Origin: Nemertoderma westbladi | Lineage: Eukaryota > Animalia > Xenacoelomorpha | Direction of reading: 5' to 3' | Assembly: GCA_032718475.1 (NCBI GenBank) | Contig: JAUCBJ010006245.1 | Location: 1-64,000, forward strand | DNA length: 64,000 nucleotides | The notes under the pieces: model-generated | What the model was told of the DNA's origin: nothing | Databases searched by the model: none | The model's input: the letters and a program-made list of their open reading frames with translations, nothing else | Shown here: positions 11,601 through 23,600 of the stretch, piece after piece | Layout: each line of letters begins with the position of its first letter | Numbering within the stretch: the stretch's first letter is position 1 | Made by a program: the position numbers and the translations under genes

Positions 11601-14600
11601 GCTCCCCACTCCCACAACCAACTCCCACCCAACCTACCTTTAGCATCAGCTCTCCCACCCAACCTACCTTTAGCATCAGCTCCCCCACCTTTAGCATCAG
11701 CTCTCCCACCCAACCTACCTTTAGCATCAGCTCCCCACTCCCACAACCAACTCCCACCCAACCTACCTTTAGCATCAGCTCCCCACTCCAACCTCCCTTT
11801 AGCATCAGCTCCCCACTCCCACAACCAACTCCCACCCAACCTACCTTTAGCATCAGCTCCCCACTCCCACAACCAACTCCCACCCAACCTACCTTTAGCA
11901 TCAGCTCTCCACTCCCACAACCAACTCCCACCCAACCTACCTTTAGCATCAGCTCTCCACTCCCACAACCAACTCCCACCCAACCTACCTTTAGCATCAG
12001 CTCCCCACTCCAACCTCCCTTTAGCATCAGCTCCCCACTCCCACAACCAACTCCCACCCAACCTACCTTTAGCATCAGCTCTCCACTCCCACAACCAACT
12101 CCCATCCAACCTACCTTTAGCATCAGCTCCCCACTCCCACAACCAACTCCCACCCAACCTACCTTTAGCATCAGCTCTCCACTCCCACAACCAACTCCCA
12201 CCCAACCTACCTTTAGCATCAGCTCCCCACTCCAACCTCCCTTTAGCATCAGCTCCCCACTCCCACAACCAACTCCCACCCAACCTACCTTTAGCATCAG
12301 CTCTCCACTCCCACAACCAACTCCCACCCAACCTACCTTTAGCATCAGCTCTCCCACCATCATCATCGCTCGCTGATGAACCATCATCATCACGAACCCC
12401 CAAATCAGCCAACTCCCACCCAACTTACCTTTAGCATCAGCTCTCCCACCCAACCTACCTTTAGCATCAGCTCCCCACTCTAACAACCAACTCCCATCCA
12501 ACCTACCTTTAGCATCAGCTCTCCCACCATCATCATCGCTCGCTGATGAACCATCATCATCACGAACCCCCAAATCAGCCAACTCCCACCCAACCTACCT
12601 TTAGCATCAGCTCTCCCACCCAACCTACCTTTAGCATCAGCTCCCCACTCCAACAACAACTCCCACCCAACCTACCTTTAGCATCAGCTCTCCACTCCCA
12701 CAACCAACTCCCATCCAACCTACCTTTAGCATCAGCTCTCCCACCCAACCTACCTTTAGCATCAGCTCTCCCACCATCATCATCGCTCGCTGATGAACCA
12801 TCATCATCACGAACCCCCAAATCAGCCAACTCCCACCCAACCTACCTTTAGCATCAGCTCTCCCACCCAACCTACCTTTAGCATCAGCTCTCCCACCCAA
12901 CCTACCTTTAGCATCAGCACTCCCACCCAACCTACCTTTAGCATCAGCTCCCCACTCCCACAACCAACTCCCACCCAACCTACCTTTAGCATCAGCTCCC
13001 CACTCCAACAACCAACTCCCACCCCACCTACCTTTAGCATCAGCTCCCCACTCCAACAACAACTCCCACCCAACCTACCTTTAGCATCAGCTCCCCACTC
13101 CCACAACCAACTCCCACCCAACCTACCTTTAGCATCAGCTCCCCACTCCAACAACCAACTCCCACCCCACCTACCTTTAGCATCAGCTCCCCACTCCAAC
13201 AACAACTCCCACCCAACCTACCTTTAGCATCAGCTCCCCACTCCCACAACCAACTCCCACCCAACCTACCTTTAGCATCAGCTCCCCACTCCAACAACCA
13301 ACTCCCACCCCACCTACCTTTAGCATCAGCTCCCCACTCCAACAACAACTCCCACCCAACCTACCTTTATCATCAGCTCCCCACTCCCACAACCAACTCC
13401 CACCCCACCTACCTTTAGCATCAGCTCCCCACTCCCACAACCAACTCCCACCCAACCTACCTTTAGCATCAACTCCCCACTCCAACAACCAACTCCCACC
13501 CAACCTACATTTAGCATCAGCTCTCCCACCTTTAGCATCAGCTCTCCCACCCAACCTACCTTTAGCATCAGCTCCCCCCTCCCACAACCAACTCCCATCC
13601 AACCTACCTTTAGCATCAGCTCCCCACTCCAACAACCAACTCCCACCCCACCTACCTTTAGCATCAGCTCCCCACTCCAACAACCAACTCCCACCCAACC
13701 TACCTTTAGCATCAGCTCCCCACTCCAACAACAACTCCCAACCAACCTACCTTTAGCATCAGCTCCCCACTCCAACAACAACAACTCCCAACCAACCTAC
13801 CTTTAGCATCAGCTCTCCCACCCAACCTACCTTTAGCACCAGCTCTCCCACCCAACCTACCTTTAGCATCAGCTCCCCACTCCCACAACCAACTCCCACC
13901 CAACCTACCTTTAGCATCAGATCCCCACTCCCACAACCAACTCCCACCCAACCTACCTTTAGCATCAGCTCCCCACTCCAACAACAACTCCCAACCAACC
14001 TACCTTTAGCATCAGCTCTCCCACCCAACCTACCTTTAGCATCAGCTCTCCTACCCAAAGTACCTTTAGCATCAGCTCTCCCACCCAACCTACCTTTAGC
14101 ATCAGCTCTCCCACCCAACCTACCTTTAGCATCAGCTCCCCACTCCCACAACCAACTCCCACCCAACCTACATTTAGCATCAGCTCTCCCCCCTTTAGCA
14201 TCAGCTCTCCCACCCAACCTACCTTTAGCATCAGCTCTCCCACACAACCTACCTTTAGCAACAGCTCCCCACTCCAACAACCAACTCCCACCCAACCTAC
14301 CTTTAGCATCAGCTCCCCACTCCAACAACAACTCCCAACCAACCTACCTTTAGCATCAGCTCTCCCACCCAACCTACCTTTAGCATCAGCTCGACCACCC
14401 AACCTACCTTTAGCATCAGCTCTCCTACCCAACCTACCTTTAGCATCAGCTCTCCCACCCAACCTACCTTTAGCATCAGCTCTCCCACCCAACCTACCTT
14501 TAGCATCAGCTCCCCACTCCCACAACCAACTCCCACCCAACCTACCTTTAGCATCAGCTCCCCACTCCAAAAAAAACTCCCAACCAACCTACCTTTAGCA

Positions 14601-17600
14601 TCAGCTCTCCCACCCAACCTACCTTTAGCATCAGCTCCCCACTCCCACAACCAACTCCCACCCAACCTACCTTTAGAATCAACTCCCCACTCCAACAACA
14701 ACTCCCACCCAACCTACCTTTAGCATCAGCTCCCCACTCCAACAACCAACTCCCACCCCACCTACCTTTAGAATCAACTCCCCACTCCAACAACAACTCC
14801 CACCCAACCTACCTTTAGCATCAGCTCCCCACTCCAACAACCAACTCCCACCCCACCTACCTTTAGCATCAGCTTCCCACTCCAACAACCAACTCCCACC
14901 CAACCTACCTTTAGCATCAGCTTCCCACTCCAACAACCAACTCCCACCCAACCTACCTTTAGCATCAGCTCTCCCACCCAACCTACCTTTAGCATCAGCT
15001 CTCCCACCCAACCTACCTTTAGCATCAGCTCCCCACTCCCACAACCAACTCCCACCCAACCTACCTTTAGCATCAGCTCCCCACTCCAACAACAACTCCC
15101 AACCAACCTACCTTTAGCATCAGCTCTCCCACCCAACCTACCTTTAGCATCAGCTCTCCCACCCAACCTACCTTTAGCATCAGCTCCCCACTCCCACAAC
15201 CAACTCCCACCCAACCTACCTTTAGAATCAACTCCCCACTCCAACAACAACTCCCACCCAACCTACCTTTAGCATCAGCTCCCCACTCCAACAACCAACT
15301 CCCACCCCACCTACCTTTAGCATCAGCTCCCCACTCCAACAACCAACTCCCACCCAACCTACCTTTAGAATCAACTCCCCACTCCAACAACAACTCCCAC
15401 CCAACCTACCTTTAGCATCAGCTCCCCACTCCAACAACCAACTCCCACCCAACCTACCTTTAGAATCAACTCCCCACTCCAACAACAACTCCCACCCAAC
15501 CTACCTTTAGCATCAGCTCCCCACTCCAACAACCAACTCCCACCCAACCTACCTTTAGAATCAACTCCCCACTCCAACAACAACTCCCACCCAACCTACC
15601 TTTAGCATCAGCTCCCCACTCCCACAACCAACTCCCACCCAACCTACCTTTAGAATCAACTCCCCACTCCAACAACAACTCCCACCCAACCTACCTTTAG
15701 CATCAGCTCCCCACTCCAACAACCAACTCCCACCCCACCTACCTTTAGCATCAGCTCCCCACTCCAACAACCAACTCCCACCCAACCTACCTTTAGCATC
15801 AGCTCCCCACTCCAACAACCAACTCCCACCCAACCTACCTTTAGCATCAGCTCCCCACTCCCACAACCAACTCCCACCCAACCTACCTTTAGCATCAGCT
15901 CCCCACTCCAACAACCAACTCCCACCCAACCTACCTTTAGCATCAGCTCCCCACACCAACAACCAACTCCCACCCAACCTACATTTAGCATCAGCTCTCC
16001 CACCCAACCTACCTTTAGCATCAGCTCCCCCACCTTTAGCATCAGCTCTCCCACCCAACCTACCTTTAGCATCAGCTCCCCCCTCCCACAACCAACTCCC
16101 ATCCAACCTACCTTTAGCATCAGCTCCCCACTCCAACAACCAACTCCCACCCCACCTACCTTTAGCATCAGCTCCCCACTCCAACAACCAACTCCCACCC
16201 AACCTACCTTTAGCATCAGCTCCCCACTCCAACAACCAACTCCCACCCAACCTACATTTAGCATCAGCTCTCCCACCCAACCCACCTTTAGCATCAGCTC
16301 TCCCACCTTTAGCATCAGCTCTCCCACCCAACCTACCTTTAGCATCAGCTCCCCCCTCCTACAACCAACTCCCATCCAACCTACCTTTAGCATCAGCTCC
16401 CCACTCCAACAACCAACTCCCACCCAACCTACCTTTAGCATCAGCTCCCCACTCCAACAACCAACTCCCACCCAACCTACATTTAGCATCAGCTCTCCCA
16501 CCTTTAGCATCAGCTCTCCCACCCAACCTACCTTTAGCATCAGCTCCCCCCTCCCACAACCAACCCCCATCCAACCTACCTTTAGCATCAGCTCCCCACT
16601 CCAACAACCACTCCAACCCAACCTACCTTTAGCATCAGCTCTCCCACCTTTAGCATCAGCTCTCCCACCCAACCTACCTTTAGCATCAGCTCCCCCCTCC
16701 CACAACCAACTCCCATCCAACCTACCTTTAGCATCAGCTCCCCACTCCCACAACCAACTCCCACCCAACCTACCTTTAGCATCAGCTCCCCACTCCAACA
16801 ACAACTCCCAACCAACCTACCTTTAGCATCAGCTCTCCCACCCAACCTACCTTTAGCATCAGCTCTCCCACACAACCTACCCTTAGCATCAGCTCCCCAC
16901 TCCCACAACCACCTCCCACCCAACCTACCTTTAGCATCAGCGCCCCACTCCCACAACCAACTCCCACCCAACCTACCTTTAGCATCAGCTCCCCACTCCA
17001 ACAACCAACTCCCACCCAACCTACCTTTAGCATCAGCTCTCCCACCCAAACTACCTTTAGCATCAGCGCCCCACTCCCACAACCAACTCCCACCCAACCT
17101 ACCTTTAGCATCAGCTCCCCACTCCCACAACCAACTCCCACCCAACCTACCTTTAGCATCAGCGCCCCACTCCCACAACCAACTCCCACCCAACCTACCT
17201 TTAGCATCAGCTTCCCACTCCAACAACCAACTCCCACCCAACCTACCTTTAGCATCAGCTCTCCCACCCAACCCACCTTTAGCATCAGCTCTCCCACACA
17301 ACCTACCTTTAGCATCAGCGCCCCACTCCCACAACCAACTCCCACCCAACCTACCTTTAGCATCAGCTTCCCACTCCCACAACCAACTCCCACCCAACCT
17401 ACCTTTAGCATCAGCGCCCCACTCCCACAACCAACTCCCACCCAACCTACCTTTAGCATCAGCTTCCCACTCCAACAACAACTCCCAACCAACCTACCTT
17501 TAGCATCAGCTCTCCCACCCAACCTACCTTTAGCATCAGCTCTCCCACCCAACCTACCTTTAGCATCAGCGCCCCACTCCCACAACCAACTCCCACCCAA

Positions 17601-20600
17601 CCTACCTTTAGCATCAGCTTCCCACTCCCACAACCAACTCCCACCCAACCTACCTTTAGCATCAGCTCCCCACTCCCACAACCAACTCCCACCCAACCTA
17701 CCTTTAGCATCAGCGCCCCACTCCCACAACCAACTCCCACCCAACCTACCTTTAGCATCAGCTTCCCACTCCAACAACCAACTCCCACCTAACCTACCTT
17801 TAGCATCAGCTCCCCACTCCAACAACAACTCCCAACCAACCTACCTTTAGCATCAGCTCTCCCACCCAACCTACCTTTAGCATCAGCTCTCCCACACAAC
17901 CTACCTTTAGCATCAGCTCCCCACTCCCACAACCAACTCCCACCCAACCTACCTTTAGCATCAGCGCCCCACTCCCACAACCAACTCCCACCCAACCTAC
18001 CTTTAGCATCAGCTCCCCACTCCAACAACCAACTCCCACCCAACCTACCTTTAGCATCAGCTCTCCCACCCAAACTACCTTTAGCATCAGCGCCCCACTC
18101 CCACAACCAACTCCCACCCCACCTACCTTTAGCATCAGCTCCCCACTCCCACAACCAACTCCCACCCAACCTACCTTTAGCATCAGCGGATGTAGGAAAA
18201 TTCGGTCCCGGACAATTCGGTCCCGGACAATTCGGTCCGGACAATTCGGTCCCGGACAATTCGGTCCCGGACAATTCGGTCCCAAAACACTAAATAAATG
18301 GGACCGAATTGTCCGAGTCAGTATCCGGACAATTCGGTCCCGGACAATTCGGTCCCGGACAATTCGGTCCCAAAACACAAAATTAATGGGACCGAATTGT
18401 CCGGGACCGAATTGTCCGGACCGAATTGTCCGGGACCGAATTGTCCTGCTTCCAGCATCAGCTCCCCACTCCAACAACCAACTCCCACCCAACCTACCTT
18501 TAGCATCAGCTCTCCCACCCAACCTACCTTTAGCATCAGCTCCCCACTCCAACAACCAACTCCCACCCAACCTACCTTTAGCATCAGCTCCCCACTCCCA
18601 CAACCAACTCCCACCCAACCTACATTTAGCATCAGCTCTCCACTCCCACAACCAACTCCCACCCAACCTACCTTTAGCATCAGCTCTCCCACCCAACCTA
18701 CCTTTAGCATCAGCTCTCCCACCCAACCTACCTTTAGCATCAGCTCCCCACTCCCACAACCAACTCCCACCCCACCTACCTTTAGCATCAGCCCCCACTC
18801 CAACAACCAACTCCCACCCAACCTACCTTTAGCATCAGCTCTCCCACCCAACCTACCTTTAGCATCAGCTCTCCCACCATCATCATCGCTCGCTGATGAA
18901 CCATCATCATCACGAACCCCCAAATCAGCCAACTCATCATCGTCGTAACGACCACCCATCCCTCCCCCCATGATTCCCCGTAGCTGATCCCGCTTCTGTT
19001 CCTCTTGCAGACTTTCCTGCATTCGTTTCATTGAATCATCGCTCGCCTGCAATCAGGTATTATATCCGTTAGGAACTTATTAACACACAATGACATGACT
19101 GCAAATGTTAAATGGCAGACATTAATTGTGATTTTGACAGAATGCAGAAAAACCTAAATGCCATTCTGATAAATGACATAATGTTAAATATCTTGATCGG
19201 TGAGTTTGTTACCTATACAACAGAAACAAACACACCGGCACCAAAATCAGCCATCACCCATTAATACGAATACTACTAGTAATAATATAAATTTAATATA
19301 ATAGGGTTTCCAAAAACATTTTTAATTTAGTCAAACAATCTCAAACACTCTTAGTCAACATCGAACCCTGGCAGAGTGGCAGACATGGAGTTCCTGTTAC
19401 TGCTCACTGCACTGTGCATTACTGCTCACTGCATTGTGCATTACTGCTCACTGCACTATGCATTACTGCTCACAGCACTATGCATTACTGCACAATGCAC
19501 TATGCATTACTGCTCAATGCACTATGCATTTTAGTGCTCAGTGCACTGTGCATTACTGCTCATTGCTCACTGCACTGTGCATTACTGCTCAGTGCTCAGT
19601 GCACTGTGCATTACTGCTCACTGCACTGTGCATTACTGCTCACTGCACTATGCATCACTGCTCAGTGCACTGTGCATTACTGCTCAGAGCCCACTGCACT
19701 GTGCATAACTGCTCACTGCACTGTGCATTACTGCTCACTGCACTGTGCATTACTGCTCAGTGCTCACTGCACTGTGCATTACTGTTCATTGCACTGTGCG
19801 TGTGCACTACTGCTCACTGCACCATGCATTACTGCACACTGCACTGTGCATTACCGCTCACTGCACTATGCATTACTGCACACTGCACTGTGCATTTACT
19901 GGTCACTGCAGCGCGCATTACTGCACACTACACTGTGCATTTACTGGTCAATGCACTATGCATTACTGCTCACTGCACTGTGCATTACCGCTCACTGCAC
20001 TATGCATTACTGCACACTGCACTGTGCATTACCGCTCACTGCACTATGCATTACTGCACAGTGCATTTAATGGTCACTGCAGCGCGCATTACTGCTCAGT
20101 GCACTGTGTATTTAATGGTCACTGCACTATGCATCACTGCTCATTTCACTATGCATTACTGTCCAACACAATCCCACCTCTTGTTGACTCTGTTCTGTCC
20201 GGTTTAATTCTTCCAGTAGACTTTCCAAATAGCTCAAATTGCGAAACTTTGTTATGTAAACTTGATAAATTTTCTGAAGTTCTTCTTCGAACTTTTCGTA
20301 ATCGTCCATGTAGGCAGGTCTAATAAAAATAAAATATTGTTACTTAGCAACGACTTTATATCGTTGATATTAATGGTTACTGGTTCCATTTAAATTACCT
20401 ACTAAGACACGCGCTCCACTGCACTGGTATATAAGTCGTATGTCATAGGTCGAAATAAATTATGGAACACATTGGTTTCAATGGGAGCGTCTCCACTGGT
20501 ATGTCATAGTTACGACAAATGAGTCGAAAGTGCATCTTTTGACATACGACGCATGAGTTATATCCGGCTAGAGGCCTGTGATTGGTTACTTTGTGTAGCT

Positions 20601-23600
20601 GCAAGCCAATATTGTACAGCAATTTATTACCAATGCTTACAGCATTCCTTATTTTAGTCTATACTTACCACTTTCGCATAACAGATAATAAAGAATATAA
20701 TCATATATAATGAATGGGAGAATCTTTTAGGCTCGTTAAGCCAAGGAATGTCTGTTCACCACCATGGGTGATCGTAAACAGTAAACCCTTTCACTCTGTT
20801 TCCTAAAGGAATGCCTGTTCACTACCATTAGGGATCTTCCACAGTAAACCCTTCCACTCTGTTTCCTAACCACTCTGTTTCCCCCACAGTAAACCCTTCC
20901 ACTATGTTTCCTAAAGGAATGTCTGTTCACCACCATGGGTGATCGTCCACAGTAAACCATTAAACTCTGTTTCCTAAAGGAATGCCTGTTCACCACCATG
21001 GGTTATCTTGCACAGTAAAACCTTCCACTACGTTTCCTAAAGGAATGCCTGTTCACCACCATGGGTGATCTTCTGATCTTCCACAGTAAACACTTCCACT
21101 CTGTTTCCTAAAGGAATGCCTGTTCACCACCAAGGGTGATCTTCCACTGTAAACCCTTCCACTTTGTTTCCTAAAGAAATGCCTGTTCACAACCATGGGT
21201 GATCTTCCACAGTAACCCCTTCTACTCTGCTTCCAAAAGGAATGCCTGTTCACCACCATGGGTGATCTTCTGATCTTCCACAGTAAACCCTTCCACTCTG
21301 TTTCATAAAGGAATGCCTGTTCACCACCATGGGTGATCTTCCACAGTAAACCCTTCAACTCTGTTTCCTAAAGGAATGCCTATTCACCACCATGGGTGAC
21401 CTTCCACAGTAAATCCTTCCACTCCGTTCCCTAAAGGAATGCCTGTTCACCACCATGGGTGATCTTCCACAGTAAACCCTTCCACTCTATTACCTAAAGT
21501 AATGCCTGTTCACCACTGTTATCTTCCATAGTAAACCCTTCCACTCTATGTCCTAAAGGAATGCCTGTTCATCACCATGGGTGATCTTCCATAGTAAACC
21601 CTTCCACTCTGTTTCCCCAACAGTAACCCCTTCCACTCTGTTTCCTAAAGGAATGTCTGTTCACCACCATGGGTGATCTTACACAGTAAACCCTTTCACT
21701 CTGTTTCCTAAAAGGAATGCCTGTTCACCACCTTGGGTGATCTTCCACAGTAAACCCTTCCACTCTGTTTCCTAAAGGAATGCCTGTTCACCAAAATGGG
21801 TGATCTTCCATAGTAAACCCTTCCACTCTGTTTCCCCCACAGTAAACCCATCCACTCTGTTTCCTAAAGGAATGTCTGTTCACCACCATGGGTGATCGTC
21901 CACAGTAAACCCTTCCACTCTGTTTCCTAAAGGAATGCCTGTTCATCACCATGGGTGATCTTCCACAGTAAACCCTTCCATTACGTTTCCTAAAGGAATG
22001 CCTGTTCACCACCATGGGTGATCTTCTGATCTTCCACAGTAAGCACATCCACTCTGTTTCTTAAAGGAATGCCTGTTCACCACCATGGGTGATCTTCTGA
22101 TCTTCCACAGTAAACACTTCCACTCTGTTTCTTAAAGGAATGCCTGTTCACCACCATGGGTGATCTTCCACAGTTCATCGGACAAAGGGGTCTCGAGTTT
22201 ATTAACATTTCTACTTCCACTAACATAGTTCGGTAGGTCTCTTCAGCGATCACTTGATGGTGTAAGTTTCGGTCTGTAGATATACTCCGTAGAGTTTCTC
22301 GAGTTGTTCTAATTAGGCGTTCAGTTATTCCATTTTGGTGACTCCCTTTGGGTGCTGACCATTCCCAGGCTACTTCCGGTCGGAATTCTTCCGGGATGCC
22401 CATTTGCTTCGCCCTGGTCACCATATTTTGTAATTGGTTTTGTGCACCCGTAAAATGAGTTCCCTGATCCGAATATAATATCGAAACATTTCCATATCGG
22501 CAGATAAATCTCCTTAGTACTAGACTCAGAGCATCTGCTGAATAATCCGCCGCTAAATCCAGCGCCACAGCGCGACATAAGAAACACGTGAATACTTGCA
22601 CGTGAATAATTGTTTGACTTCCACCCTGCCGCACATTCAGGTTATGGGTCCAAACAGATATACTCCACAGTAGGTGAACGGTGAGTCGTACATATGAGTC
22701 CTGTTCCATGATATCAGGGCCATTAATTGTGAGCCCACTTTACCCCATTTCCTTTGGCATTTAATGCAGGTGCGTATCACATGTTTAACTTTAGATCTTA
22801 ATTTGAAAATCCAGAAACGTCTTCGCACCTTATACATGGTGTAGTCGAATCCCTGGTGGGTGATATCCTGATGTGCCCCTCTGACTACTGTTGTAATCGG
22901 TGACTCATTTGGTGACAGTATGGGAAACTTCTCATTGTAATCCAGTTCCGTGTATAGGAAACGTGTATGGCATCTTATGACCCCAAGGGGGCCAAGAAAC
23001 AGACAAAGCTTCTGTAACAGATTATTCTTAACCAGCTGGATGTTCCTTTCTAGATCAATTATAGTCGACAAGTGTTTAGCTTGTAGATGTTTCATAATGG
23101 TGGTGAACACCATTTCTTTATAATCTGCTTAGATCAGTTGAAAGCTTATAAACTTGTTCTTTTTGCACTGGGCATTGTAAAGTATCTTGTCCCATAGGAT
23201 CATCAGGTTTGCCAGTCTATTCATATTGATGTTGAAGGAACCATTTCCAGCCAAGATTTTGTTTATGGGATGTTCGTCATCTGTTGCTGTTGTTGCATAT
23301 GCCGCCGTGACTTACTTCTCTTTGTCGGGTTTATAATCATCCACCTACTCTGGTTTCTTTCCTTTATGAGGGCCATTGACAATTTCTGAAGGCCACTCCT
23401 TGTCTGGGAGTCTGAGGAATTCTGGTCCATAGAACCAAAAGTCGTTGAACCTTGTTATAAACTCTTCCGGGAAAAATCCGCTCCTTGCACAGTCTGCTGG
23501 GTTCATTTCTGTGGGAACATATCTCCAATGTCTTATCTCGGTGAACCTTCTCACTTCCTCTATCCGGTTTGCTACAAAAGGCTACGAAGCGTCTTGACAC

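Noticed and set aside
6094-18948. Very long ORFs on both strands (1413, 1352, 2048 aa and others)
   Set aside because: They result from a 48-bp unit lacking stops in several frames, lie inside a CLUAP1 intron, and switch frame at single-base indels.
19414-20323. Cys/His-rich ORFs resembling metal-binding proteins
   Set aside because: Translations of a 22-bp repeat, open in all three frames.
20405-20575. Possible small MITE (gtcgtatgtca / tgacatacgac inverted pair)
   Set aside because: Ends and TSD could not be defined.
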